A stretch of DNA of 24,000 nt from Metabacillus niabensis (GCF_030813165.1 NZ_JAUSTZ010000008.1:182655-206654); one strand, 5' to 3'. Counted from the stretch's first letter, positions 14,045 through 22,677 are shown. Program-made: numbers and translations. Notes: generated from the sequence alone by a model not told the origin.

Positions 14045-14185
14045 ATGGAGCAGTGGTTGTCAGTGATTGGCGAGGTTGGCTTTCCAATTGTGGTGACGTT
14101 GTATTTGTTGAATCGAATTGAGAGCAAGCTTGATGCGTTGAATCATTCGATCCAGATGCTACCTTCACAGTTGGGGAGGTTGTAG
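14045..14185 (+). CDS. yvrJ: YvrJ family small membrane protein, 46 aa
   Basis: Not in the track because it is too short. AGAGGTGA RBS then ATG 14045: MEQWLSVIGEVGFPIVVTLYLLNRIESKLDALNHSIQMLPSQLGRL. The GFPIVV..YLL.R.E.KLD.L core is the YvrJ signature as I recall it. A terminator follows. Confidence 0.75.
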   Translation: MEQWLSVIGEVGFPIVVTLYLLNRIESKLDALNHSIQMLPSQLGRL

Positions 14186-14251
14186 AGGTAATATAGGTAA
14201 GGAACGGGTTCTCTTTATGAGATAAAATAGAGAGCGCGCATATTGAATCAT

Positions 14252-14288
14252 ATCCCATTTCGCATTTAGTGAAATGGGATTTTTATTG
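14252..14288 (+). terminator. Rho-independent terminator after yvrJ
   Basis: ATCCCATTTC (14252-14261) pairs with GAAATGGGAT (14271-14280), followed by TTTTATT. Confidence 0.75.
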
Positions 14289-14676
14289 TTATAAAGCTGT
14301 TTATCACTTCTCCTTAAAAAGGATAGCACCAATGCATGTAAAGACAGAACTAAATTTTGGACTTCTGCTTTCGTTCCAATAAACTTCTAAGAGATTATTT
14401 TATCGCTCCCTTCATTTTCAATCCAAATCTTGTGAAGTTGTGGTTACCTTTACATATCCGTATTTCATTATGGAAAAAATCCTTAAAATAGTCTTATTAA
14501 CGACACTTAGATATGACAACTGTTCAACAAAAAGAGTATCAAAACTTTTAAGTTATGACACCTATAAAATAGAAACCGTAATTTGAACAAAACTATTTTC
14601 AAAAACTACTGTTTTCTTTTTCACTATATATCCATAATAAAGAGCAAACGCAGTTGTTTACTCTGTAAGTAGCCAT

Positions 14677-14943
14677 TTATTCCTTGCTTGGTGATAACGT
14701 CAAATCTCCAGTTTTCTCTTTAATAGTTTCGGTTGTTGCTTTAAGGTTATACTCATGGCCATTTTTTTCAAGCTCATATACAAGTGGACCAAACTCAGCA
14801 GTATATGATTCCCCATTGGTAGCAACTACATTCCACTTTTTAGATTGTAATTCACTTACTGGATCTTTGGCACCGCAAGCATTTAATCCAACAACAGCAG
14901 TGACTATTAATAAAACATGAAAAGTATTTCTTATAATTTTCAT
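14677..14943 (-). CDS. Small putative lipoprotein, 88 aa
   Basis: Signal peptide MKIIRNTFHVLLIVTAVVGLNAC with a lipobox-like LNAC, followed by GAKD. Confidence 0.6.
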   Translation of the reverse strand: MKIIRNTFHVLLIVTAVVGLNACGAKDPVSELQSKKWNVVATNGESYTAEFGPLVYELEKNGHEYNLKATTETIKEKTGDLTLSPSKE

Positions 14944-15399
14944 CTACAACTCCCCTTTAACCTATTCTACTAATAAGTTTATGTTTATTTATTCACAATC
15001 TCCTATGCGATTAACATATTTATCCAATTAAAAAAACACCTCAACTTTAAAAAATCTCCAAGATGAGATGCTTTAGTGGCACTTTTGAAGTTATTTTGCA
15101 TCTTTTTAATCGATACTTTGCACTAAATATTTATATAAGGTTTATTCAATTGTGAAGTAATACACTTAAACTCCCTCAGTTTAATACGATTTTCTCTATA
15201 GGGTGCAATAGTTAAAAGGAGCATCATCAAATCAATGGAAAGTTGTAATCGGGAAACCAGATAATACTGGATTTAAAAGTCTACAAATCCAGATTTATAT
15301 AATTTGTACAGTATGGACATTAAAAATATTGGTGATACAAACATAGAATTGAAGCATATAGAAATGAACCAAATTCAACAAAAGAGTAAGAATTATTTA

Positions 15400-15746
15400 C
15401 TTTCTATAACCATATACTTGACGTATTTCTTCTAAATGCTCACGCCTTGTTGTATCACGTTGAGCATATGAAGAGTAAACCTAAGGATCTACATTAATTT
15501 GATTAACTACATATTTAATAAGGTTATCGGGTATTTCTAATATATTAATTAACGTGCAGCCGGGGTTTCTAAGAATGCATAATTGAATGCGAACCCCAAT
15601 AGATTATGATCTCTTCTATGACGAATTATAACATCAATATCATAGTCCGATAGACTGTAATAAGAAGTAAATTCATATTCCGATAAATTCTTAAGGTTTA
15701 AAATTTCCCTTCGCTGTTCTGGTGTCAGCAGTTCTTTCACACTCAA
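15400..15746 (-). pseudogene. tnpA: Tn3-family transposase (tnpA), N-terminal DUF4158-region fragment only, with stops and a frameshift
   Basis: First segment: LSVKELLTPEQRREILNLKNLSEYEFTSYYSLSDYDIDVIIRHRRDHNLLGFAFNYAFLE..*. It continues in another frame as LEIPDNLIKYVVNQINVDP*VYSSYAQRDTTRREHLEEIRQVYGYRK*. This matches the Tn3 TnpA N-terminal pattern (LGFA.QL, Y..R..T..EH..EIR..YGY). About 900 aa of the protein are missing. Confidence 0.75.
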
Positions 15747-15782
15747 GTTATACCAATCCTTATAAATACTTTTTGTATGAGT

Positions 15783-16316
15783 CTAATTTACTTTTTCTAA
15801 ATATCTATACAGTGAAGTTTTGCCGATTCCCGTTGCTTCTATTACTTTTATACATTTTTATCGCCATTTCAACTTTGTCCCTTTTCTGCGATGGTCTGCC
15901 ACCTTTCCTTCCTTTGAATCTTGCTGCTTGAAGCCCTGATTTTGTCCTCTCGCTAATAATATCTCGTTCTAACTCTGCAATATTTGCCATTGTACGAAAG
16001 AAAAACTTCCCCATTGCAGTTGAAGTATCAATACTGTCATTAATAGAGACAAAATCTACGTCCATATCATTGAATAATTCACTAAGTTCAATTAGATGTT
16101 TTGTAGAACGTGAAATACGATCAAGTTTATATCCAACAATTTTGTCGCCACTGCGTAAGACTTTAAGAAGTTCTTCTAGTTGGGGTCTATCTTTTCTAGC
16201 TCCGGTCAATTTTTCTTTATAAATTTTTTCTACTCCAATTTTGTAAGGGCATCAACTTGCATATCTAAGTTGTTTTGTTCCTCCGTACTTACACGTGCAT
16301 AACCAAATATCACCAT
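15783..16316 (-). pseudogene. tnpR: Serine recombinase/resolvase (tnpR) with two frameshifts
   Basis: From ATG 16316: MVIFGYARVSTEEQNNLDMQVDALTKLE*. The frame is lost at the A-run at 16239-16242, where GVEKIYKEKLTGARKDRPQLEELL continues in the next frame (ORF 15805-16209). Near 15850 the frame is lost again: the HTH IEATGIGKTSLYRYLEKVN* is read in a different frame and ends at 15783. Confidence 0.8.
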
Positions 16317-16459
16317 TCATCACATGCAAAAGTAGTTTATAACCCTATATTAGCACCAAAAACGGTATTAGATTATTAAAAATGTTACTTTGATTTTGGG
16401 AATGAGTTTTGGTTCTATAAATTAATAGAAATAGGTTGTTTTTTTTAAAAATATTTTTC

Positions 16460-16487
16460 GGTACCATAAACGGTCGTTTGTGGTATC
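16460..16487. promoter_or_regulatory. Candidate res site I (resolvase crossover site)
   Basis: 28-bp imperfect palindrome: GGTACCATAAACG-GT-CGTTTGTGGTATC, with 11 of 13 arm positions complementary. It lies about 145-170 bp upstream of tnpR. The half-site ACCA(A/T)AAACGGT recurs at 16355-16366, nearer tnpR, as expected for accessory subsites. Confidence 0.4.
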
Positions 16488-16557
16488 TTTATGTAGAAAG
16501 GGAAATGGATATTTATGTTAACTTTAATAAAAGATTGGGATATTATTCAATAAAGGT

Positions 16558-17763
16558 ATGGGTGTATTAATGGATAGAAAAACATTATGGGGTTTAAGGG
16601 TTCAGGAATATTATAGAAAAATGTTCAGGTACTATTCAATAATTGGTGCGAATGTTGTTTATTTTTTTCTGATTATTAGTAGTATCTTTATTTATTATTT
16701 TAATTTATTTCTTCAGTGGGTACCTCCTCAAATATCTGTTGAAGTAATCTTATCACTATTTATAACCTTCATTTTAAAACAGACAAAAGTCCGTACTTTT
16801 GTTAAAAGGGCAGATATAATCTTTTTTTTGCCATTAGAATGGGGATTAAAGCCGTATTTTATTAAATCACTTATATATAGTTTTGTTATTGATACTATTA
16901 AATTGGTAAGTTTCATAACTGTTTTTTTATCCCTATTTTTGCACACAACTAATATAAATCTTCTCTTTCTTTTTTTTATAGTGGGGATTGCTGCTTATAA
17001 CATTTTAATGAAGTGGATTGAACAATGGTTAAAGAACCATGTACAATTTGTGTTACATAGGCTAAATAGGTTTTTTTCAATATATTTAATGAGTTACTTT
17101 TTGTTTAATAATGACTGGATTTTTGAGCTTGTTTTAATGAGTATAAATTTCGTCTATTTAATTTATTTTATAGAAAAAAAAAGAAATCTGAATTGGCAGT
17201 GGCTAATAGTTGAAGAAGAAAGTGCCTTATTAAGTAACTTTAAATTTATTAATATTTTCATGGATGTCCCTAATCTGAAACGTTCTTTTCGGAAAAGATG
17301 TTTGCTTACTATGATTCTGAAAAGGTGTATCCCATATAGTCAAAGTAGTACATTCGTATATTTATACTCACACTTGTTTGTAAGATATAATAATTACTTT
17401 TATCTTTATTTAAGACTAACTGTAATTGGCATATTGGTTAATTATGCTATGCCAGCAAGTGGTTGGATCTTTAATTTCCTTATTTTATTTATGACTGGAT
17501 TTCAGGTAATTCCTTTACAACATGAAATGAAACAAAGTGTATTACTTTATCCTATTTCAAAATCTCAGATAAAAGATTCTTTCTTAAAGTTTGTCTTGGT
17601 CATACTGTATGCACAATTTTTTATTCTATATTTCGCAATGTTCATGCATACTTCTACTGCTAATTTATTCAATCTTGTAATTGTAAGTTTATTTGTTTAT
17701 GTATTTGTATATTTCTTTGTATCAAAGAGAGTCAATATCTCAGGAAGTGCCTTTAAAGAATAG
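16558..17763 (+). CDS. EcsB-like ABC-transporter permease, 401 aa; orphan with no adjacent ATPase gene
   Basis: Very AT-rich polytopic membrane protein. The segment VRTFVKRADIIFFLPLEWGLKPYFIKSLIYSF resembles the conserved EcsB block (R.F..eAD.lFLlP.e....Y) as I recall it. Alternative start at ATG 16570. Confidence 0.6.
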   Translation: MGVLMDRKTLWGLRVQEYYRKMFRYYSIIGANVVYFFLIISSIFIYYFNLFLQWVPPQISVEVILSLFITFILKQTKVRTFVKRADIIFFLPLEWGLKPYFIKSLIYSFVIDTIKLVSFITVFLSLFLHTTNINLLFLFFIVGIAAYNILMKWIEQWLKNHVQFVLHRLNRFFSIYLMSYFLFNNDWIFELVLMSINFVYLIYFIEKKRNLNWQWLIVEEESALLSNFKFINIFMDVPNLKRSFRKRCLLTMILKRCIPYSQSSTFVYLYSHLFVRYNNYFYLYLRLTVIGILVNYAMPASGWIFNFLILFMTGFQVIPLQHEMKQSVLLYPISKSQIKDSFLKFVLVILYAQFFILYFAMFMHTSTANLFNLVIVSLFVYVFVYFFVSKRVNISGSAFKE

Positions 17764-17806
17764 TGTGGTATTCAACTAACGGAGGCTTCAGCTTAACAAG
17801 CCAAAT

Positions 17807-17846
17807 AAAAAGTCGGTTCCTTAGCGTGCTAGAATCCGACTTTTTT
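17807..17846 (+). terminator. Rho-independent terminator after the permease gene
   Basis: AAAAAGTCGGTTC pairs with GAATCCGACTTTTT (6 bp + bulge + 3 bp, extended by A/T pairs). T-run at 17841-17846. Confidence 0.65.
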
Positions 17847-17859
17847 AGGTTGAAATTTG

Positions 17860-17897
17860 CTTAGCGTACAAAATTTCCGAAATGTTGGCTGTACCCC
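17860..17897 (-). repeat. Tn3-family 38-bp terminal inverted repeat (Tn4430/Tn5401-like)
   Basis: Minus-strand reading: GGGGTACAGCCAACATTTCGGAAATTTTGTACGCTAAG. It has the family hallmarks of an outer GGGG and an inner CGCTAAG. From memory it is close to the Tn4430 IR (GGGGTACCGCCAGCATTTCGGAAAAAAACCACGCTAAG). Confidence 0.8.
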
Positions 17898-18190
17898 TTT
17901 ATAAAAAGCAGTAAAGTTAAAAGCTCCAGTTACTCTATTCCGCAATCGGGCGCGATTATGAAATAAAATTAATATCTTTAAATGACTGTATTGCTAAAGT
18001 ATTGTTATTTAACAACTTTATTTTACCTCCATCCAAAATAGGACGGGGGTATGTGTGTTGGAAGTATTAAAACTTAAACAACTTATTATAACCTTGACAT
18101 TTCCTTATTGCGGGTAGTGACAGCTTCGCTGGTACTACCCCTACTTACAATAATATATTTGTAATTTAAAGAGTTACTGCATTGCTTATA

Positions 18191-18919
18191 TTATATGAAT
18201 CCTAAATCCTTAAAGGTTCTTAACTTGATGTTAGCTTTTTGAATTGTAGTTATTGTCAATGAATTAGTTAGTATGTCTAATTCCTTTATTCTTTGTATGT
18301 TGTAAGAACTGTGTTTTAATAGATGGTGATCAACAAATCCAGGATGACACATCATTTCTATAGGGTTGATTCTTGCGCACTCTACAATATCCAATAAGGT
18401 TTCATAAGTAGCGTCATCACCATGAAATTTAGAACAAAACTCTAGTTTATTCATGGATTTTTTATCTTTATATAATTGACGAACTGGCAACTTATACTCA
18501 TCAGCCAAAACCTTTACAATAGAATTAACCGGTTCCGTTCCATGTAAATTATGGTGAGTGTCTAAATGAGTAGGGTCCAATCCAAGGCGGTAAAACTCGT
18601 TAATTTGAGCTCTAAATTCATTTTCAATTTCAAATACATTGGCTTTATTTAAAATATCTTTCTTGCTATGGAAGTAGCCTTTATCATTAACTAATGATGG
18701 AACATTTGGGTGAATAGGTTTACCTACTGTAAGGTTAAGGTGAATTCCAACCGCCAAAGTGCGAAATTTTTTTGCCAAACTTACTGCATGTTTCGCAGCT
18801 GGCATGTTAACCATCAATGTTGTAGATGTTACGATCCCGTTTTTATGGGATTCGATAATACCATAATTTACCCCTCTTGAAAGACCAAAGTCATCGGCAT
18901 TAACGATTAAATATGACAT
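18191..18919 (-). CDS. YdjC/ChbG-family carbohydrate deacetylase, 242 aa
   Basis: N-terminal LIVNADDFGLSRGVNYGIIESHKNGIVTSTTLMVN plus HLDTHHNLH are the YdjC-family metal-site signatures. Confidence 0.85.
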   Translation of the reverse strand: MSYLIVNADDFGLSRGVNYGIIESHKNGIVTSTTLMVNMPAAKHAVSLAKKFRTLAVGIHLNLTVGKPIHPNVPSLVNDKGYFHSKKDILNKANVFEIENEFRAQINEFYRLGLDPTHLDTHHNLHGTEPVNSIVKVLADEYKLPVRQLYKDKKSMNKLEFCSKFHGDDATYETLLDIVECARINPIEMMCHPGFVDHHLLKHSSYNIQRIKELDILTNSLTITTIQKANIKLRTFKDLGFI

Positions 18920-18921
18920 GT

Positions 18922-19893
18922 CTATTCTCTCTCTTTAGAGGCAATATGATTTTTAGCAAGATGCAAAGCTCCCCATAAACCACTTTGTCCATTAAGAGAA
19001 GCTAATTCAATATTTACATGCCCTCGTTGTACTTTAAATAGATGGTTATTCATTTCGGTTTCAATTTTAGGAATCAAAAGGCTAGATTGATTCATAATAC
19101 CCCCTCCTAAAATGATAGTTTCAGGATTGAAAATTTGAACTAGATTAGCTAGTCCAATACCTAAGTACCTACAAACTTGTTGGATTATCGAGTAGCAAGC
19201 TTTATCCCCTTGCCTTACAGCTTCAAAAATCATTTCGGCCGTTAATGTTTTTTGACCGACTATTTTAGATAAAATTTTCGATTGTTCCTGAATTAATATT
19301 TGCTGTCCTTTTTGTGTAATTGCAGTCCCAGACGCTAGAGCTTCCAGACATCCAAAATTTCCGCAGGAACACGGAGGTCCGTCTGGTACGACTGTCATAT
19401 GTCCTATTTCACCAGCAAGATCCCGACTTCCACGATAAATTTGTCCATCTATAACGATAGCTCCTCCAATACCAGTACTGATTGTCACATATATTTGATT
19501 CTTATAGCTTCTCCCAGCACCGTAAACTGCTTCCCCAATACCGGCAGCGTTGGCATCATCATCAATAATTACAGGTATTTGATTCATCTTCTTTTGGAGA
19601 TATTCAATAATCGGAAAATTAGACCAATTTAGATTACCTGTGAAGTGAATGATTCCTTCTTCTCTATTTAATGGCCCAGGAACACTAATACCTACAGATT
19701 TTAAAACCTCATCTTTATAATTTGATTGGGATATTAATTTATCGAATTCTTCCACTAGAGTATCTATTAGCATTTCGGGCGATTTTAAATCACTTGTCTT
19801 TAAATAAATGGTTTCAATAATCTCATTTTCAGTAGCAATACCTATTAATGTTTTAGTTCCACCAATATCTACTACCCCATATAATGTTGTCAT
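18922..19893 (-). CDS. ROK-family sugar kinase, 323 aa
   Basis: DIGGTK ATP motif, DDDANAAGIGE, GEIGHMTV, and the Zn motif CSCGNFGCLEALASG. Confidence 0.85.
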   Translation of the reverse strand: MTTLYGVVDIGGTKTLIGIATENEIIETIYLKTSDLKSPEMLIDTLVEEFDKLISQSNYKDEVLKSVGISVPGPLNREEGIIHFTGNLNWSNFPIIEYLQKKMNQIPVIIDDDANAAGIGEAVYGAGRSYKNQIYVTISTGIGGAIVIDGQIYRGSRDLAGEIGHMTVVPDGPPCSCGNFGCLEALASGTAITQKGQQILIQEQSKILSKIVGQKTLTAEMIFEAVRQGDKACYSIIQQVCRYLGIGLANLVQIFNPETIILGGGIMNQSSLLIPKIETEMNNHLFKVQRGHVNIELASLNGQSGLWGALHLAKNHIASKERE

Positions 19894-19914
19894 TTATATC
19901 ACCTTTTCTAAATT

Positions 19915-21321
19915 TTAAGATTCTTCTGAACTAATAGCTTTACCGACATTGTTTAAAAGACTTTTTGTTTTTCGATTAAGAACTAATCCTATAAAAATCC
20001 CAACAAGGATATAGATAAAAACCAGCAATAGAATTAAATTATAGGGCCATGGTGGTATTGGAAATATAGAACCATAAATCGGCAATAGCATCAAAAGAGC
20101 GCCGATTAAAGGTGCGATTCCATGTGACCACCAGCTAAATTCAAGAGGATGATTTTTTCTTACAAAGCACATCAAGGAAACGGATGCAAGAACATAAAGA
20201 AGTAAAATAGGCAAGGTTGCAAAAGACCCCAATACTCCATATCCAACAGGATATGGACCAAAAATAAATCCTATAGTCAATGCAATAAGAGTTGCGAATA
20301 TACCAACAGCATTAATCGCATGAATTGGGGTTGAAAATCGTTCATGGGTTTTTCCTAATTTCTTTGGAAGGACATTTTCTCGGCCCATTGCATAAATTAC
20401 GCGAACAGTCGCATTATTTAGAGCAAGGCTTATGGCAAAAGCACTCACAATTCCAGCGAGATCAACTGCTATTCTTAACCAATCCCCGACATATGTTTCA
20501 GCTAAATAATTCAAAGCTAATACAGATTGCGCAAACTTCTCTCCGTTATTGGGACCAAATCCAATGGCCATTCCGTAAGTGACTAGAATATAAAACAGGC
20601 CCATGCCGATTACCGAACCCCAGATAGCCCTTGGGATGTTTTTCTTAGGATTTGCGGTTTCTTCTGCAACTGTAGCAGCTGACTCAAAACCTATGAATGT
20701 CATCATGGCGAAAATCATTCCAAAAAAGATGCCGCTCCATCCAGTAGGAGACCCTTTAATCGTTAAAACATCAAAAGTATTCCCTTCAGCCCCTCCCTGG
20801 AAAATAATAGCCAATACCACCAGTAAGATGATAAACATTTCCGCGCCAACGAAATATAAATCAGCTTTCATGGAACTACTTATTCCCCTTGTTGATAAAT
20901 ACCAAATAATCAAGATGAAAAGGATTGAAAATACTCCCCAATGAATATTAATTCCAAGATGTTCAGTTAAAACCCTTGAACTAAAAAACGATGCGACTAA
21001 TATGTTCTGAGGGTAAAAAACAAAGTATCCACTCAAAAGTAACCAGCCTGATAAAAATCCTACAGTTTGACCTAGCCCGGCAGAATTGTAGGCAAAGAAA
21101 GATCCAGCATGGGATATACGCCTAGAAAATTGGACGATAGTATTAGCGACGAAAATTGAACCAATCAATGCGATAATATATACCAGGGGAACAGATGATC
21201 CTGCCGACTGAGCTACAACTTGAGGAACAAACATCATTCCGGAAGCAGGTGCCATTATTGCAATTGACATGGCAATTGCACCGGGAAGACTAATTGCATT
21301 TTTCTTTAGTTGATTTGACAT
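19915..21321 (-). CDS. APC-superfamily amino-acid/polyamine-type permease, 468 aa
   Basis: About 12 hydrophobic spans, with GFESAATVAEETANPKKNIPRAI (the APC consensus region). GGAGGTGA RBS. Confidence 0.8.
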   Translation of the reverse strand: MSNQLKKNAISLPGAIAMSIAIMAPASGMMFVPQVVAQSAGSSVPLVYIIALIGSIFVANTIVQFSRRISHAGSFFAYNSAGLGQTVGFLSGWLLLSGYFVFYPQNILVASFFSSRVLTEHLGINIHWGVFSILFILIIWYLSTRGISSSMKADLYFVGAEMFIILLVVLAIIFQGGAEGNTFDVLTIKGSPTGWSGIFFGMIFAMMTFIGFESAATVAEETANPKKNIPRAIWGSVIGMGLFYILVTYGMAIGFGPNNGEKFAQSVLALNYLAETYVGDWLRIAVDLAGIVSAFAISLALNNATVRVIYAMGRENVLPKKLGKTHERFSTPIHAINAVGIFATLIALTIGFIFGPYPVGYGVLGSFATLPILLLYVLASVSLMCFVRKNHPLEFSWWSHGIAPLIGALLMLLPIYGSIFPIPPWPYNLILLLVFIYILVGIFIGLVLNRKTKSLLNNVGKAISSEES

Positions 21322-21340
21322 AAGAAATCACCTCCATTTT

Positions 21341-21356
21341 TTTGGTAAATACCATT
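21341..21356. promoter_or_regulatory. GntR/HutC-type operator, site 1
   Basis: TTTGGTAAATACCATT has a palindromic core TGGTA-AA-TACCA. It lies between the putative promoter and the permease RBS. Confidence 0.5.
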
Positions 21357-21363
21357 ATAAATA

Positions 21364-21379
21364 GAGGTAGATACCAATT
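21364..21379. promoter_or_regulatory. GntR/HutC-type operator, site 2
   Basis: GAGGTAGATACCAATT (GGTA-GA-TACCAAT), 8 nt from site 1 and just downstream of the putative -10. Confidence 0.45.
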
Positions 21380-21386
21380 TATTTAA

Positions 21387-21415
21387 ACTTTATAGTAATC
21401 TAAAAATTTTGTCAA
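21387..21415 (-). promoter_or_regulatory. Putative sigma-A promoter of the permease-kinase-deacetylase operon
   Basis: Minus strand: TTGACA (21410-21415), 17-nt spacer, TAAAGT (21387-21392). Alternatively TATAAA with a 15-nt spacer. Confidence 0.4.
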
Positions 21416-21871
21416 TTAATTTTCAAAAAAAAACGGATCAATAAATGATTCGTACAGCCCTATTTAATTTACAATATTTATTAAGAGATATTTAGAGGTG
21501 ATGGATTATGATGACAAGAAACAATACTTGTATTGATTAAATTGATTTTCATTTAATATGTATTTGGTATACGAGCCATGAGGTGAACTAATAAAAAAAT
21601 TGAAAAGAACACGGTAAGAAAAGAAACTTGAGCTTATGAAGCCAAGCTTCAACTGAATTAAATCAGGAGAGTATAGATAACGAAAAGAAACCTTTAACTG
21701 TTGCCGCAGACGTGGCTTAAAAGATCCTATGATTTGTAATTTTCTTATAGAGAATGGTATTACTCCTTCTCTTTCTTATATATACTTGACCAAAAACAAA
21801 GGAAAGGTTCATGTGTAAACATGAATATAATAATATGGAATATACAATTATCTTTAAGATAGATTTTAAGA

Positions 21872-21927
21872 AAAAATCCAAAAATCAAAAAGGCATTCTG
21901 GAAAGAGAGCTTTCCCAAATGCCTTTT
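21872..21927 (-). terminator. Rho-independent terminator after the GntR gene
   Basis: AAAAAGGCATT (21887-21897) pairs with AATGCCTTTT (21918-21927), and an inner GGAAAG/CTTTCC pair extends the stem. On the minus strand it is followed by TTTTTGATTTTTGGATTTTTT. Confidence 0.75.
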
Positions 21928-21963
21928 GTCTTCAATCTGAACAGATCAATAAATAATCCGTAA

Positions 21964-22677
21964 TTAACGATAAATTTCCGTCTCAATATCATATCTATCT
22001 CCTCTATAAACGGAATGAGCAATTTCAATAATAGTATCATTTTGATCGAAAGTTACCTGTCTTAAACGTAGAACTGGTGTCGTGTAATTTATCTGAAGTA
22101 ATTCTGATTCCTGAGGGGTAGGCATTCCTACCACAATTTTTTGTTGAGCCTTTATAATTTTTATATTATACTCATCTTCCAAAATTTGATAAAGTGACTC
22201 ATTCTGAAAATCCCTTTTTTCAATTCCAGGGAACCGAACAATCGGCAGCATAGTAGTTTCAATCGCAAGGGGCTCGAGATCTGCTAATCGCAGACGTTTT
22301 AATATGAGCAAATTCCCCTCTGACTTTAGTTCAGCAGCCATATTTGCCGAGGGGTTTGTAATGATATTTTTCTCGCAAATCTTAGACCCAGGCATCATTC
22401 CTCTTAAACTCATATCTTCACTAAAACTTTTTAATTTTTTTCCATGCGGAATTTTATTTTCAGCTACGTAAGTTCCACTTCCATGCCTCCGAACGAGAAC
22501 ATATTCATTAACAAGCTCTGAAATTGCTTGTCTAACGGTCACACGACTCATTTCAAACAATTCCGCAAGCTCCCTTTCAGGGGGTAACGCATCACCAGGT
22601 TTCAACTCCCCCCTTTCAATCTTATGGATTATTTTCTGTTTAAGCTGTTTATATAATGGTATTTTTTTTAAGTTCAT
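21964..22677 (-). CDS. GntR-family (HutC/NagR subfamily, UTRA effector domain) transcriptional regulator, 237 aa
   Basis: N-terminal wHTH LPPERELAELFEMSRVTVRQAISELVNEYVLVRRHGSGTYV. The C-terminal length and pattern are typical of UTRA domains. Confidence 0.85.
   Translation of the reverse strand: MNLKKIPLYKQLKQKIIHKIERGELKPGDALPPERELAELFEMSRVTVRQAISELVNEYVLVRRHGSGTYVAENKIPHGKKLKSFSEDMSLRGMMPGSKICEKNIITNPSANMAAELKSEGNLLILKRLRLADLEPLAIETTMLPIVRFPGIEKRDFQNESLYQILEDEYNIKIIKAQQKIVVGMPTPQESELLQINYTTPVLRLRQVTFDQNDTIIEIAHSVYRGDRYDIETEIYR

Larger units (their letters stand above)
15400..17897 (-). mobile_element. Decayed Tn3-family transposon remnant (order IR - passenger - res - tnpR - tnpA) retaining a single terminal IR
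   Basis: A 38-bp IR at 17860-17897 has its outer GGGG at 17897. tnpR and tnpA are both broken, and tnpA is truncated near 15400. I found no matching left IR. Confidence 0.75.

Noticed and set aside
13842-14258. 138-aa minus-strand ORF (MGYDSICALS...GTVPIKLCPH)
   Set aside because: It lies antisense to the well-supported yvrJ gene and its RBS. Its sequence is produced by reading through the GGGGACAGTCCCC palindromes (the GTVP/GDCP/GLSPPP strings). It has no RBS. It is a repeat artefact.
15215-15345. Open stretch WKVVIGKPDNTGFKSLQIQIY... on the plus strand as a gene relic
   Set aside because: It has no start codon or RBS in frame, is interrupted by stops, and resembles nothing I recognise. 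The evidence is too weak to annotate.
18045-18082. GGGGTATGTGTGTTGGAAG... as a Tn3-type IR just outside the element
   Set aside because: Only the first six bases match the IR at 17860-17897. There is no TAAG inner end, and the orientation and position do not pair with the known end.
18112-18140. Hairpin GGGTAGTGACAGC-ttc-GCTGGTACTACCC as terminator of the deacetylase operon
   Set aside because: The stem has two central mismatches and there is no T-run on either strand. Its function is unclear, so I did not call it a terminator.
21322-21963. T-box or other riboswitch leader for the APC permease
   Set aside because: No T-box core (GGTGGTACCGCG) or specifier-loop architecture is visible on the minus strand. 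The best promoter candidate leaves only a leader of about 65 nt, which is occupied by the GntR-type operators.
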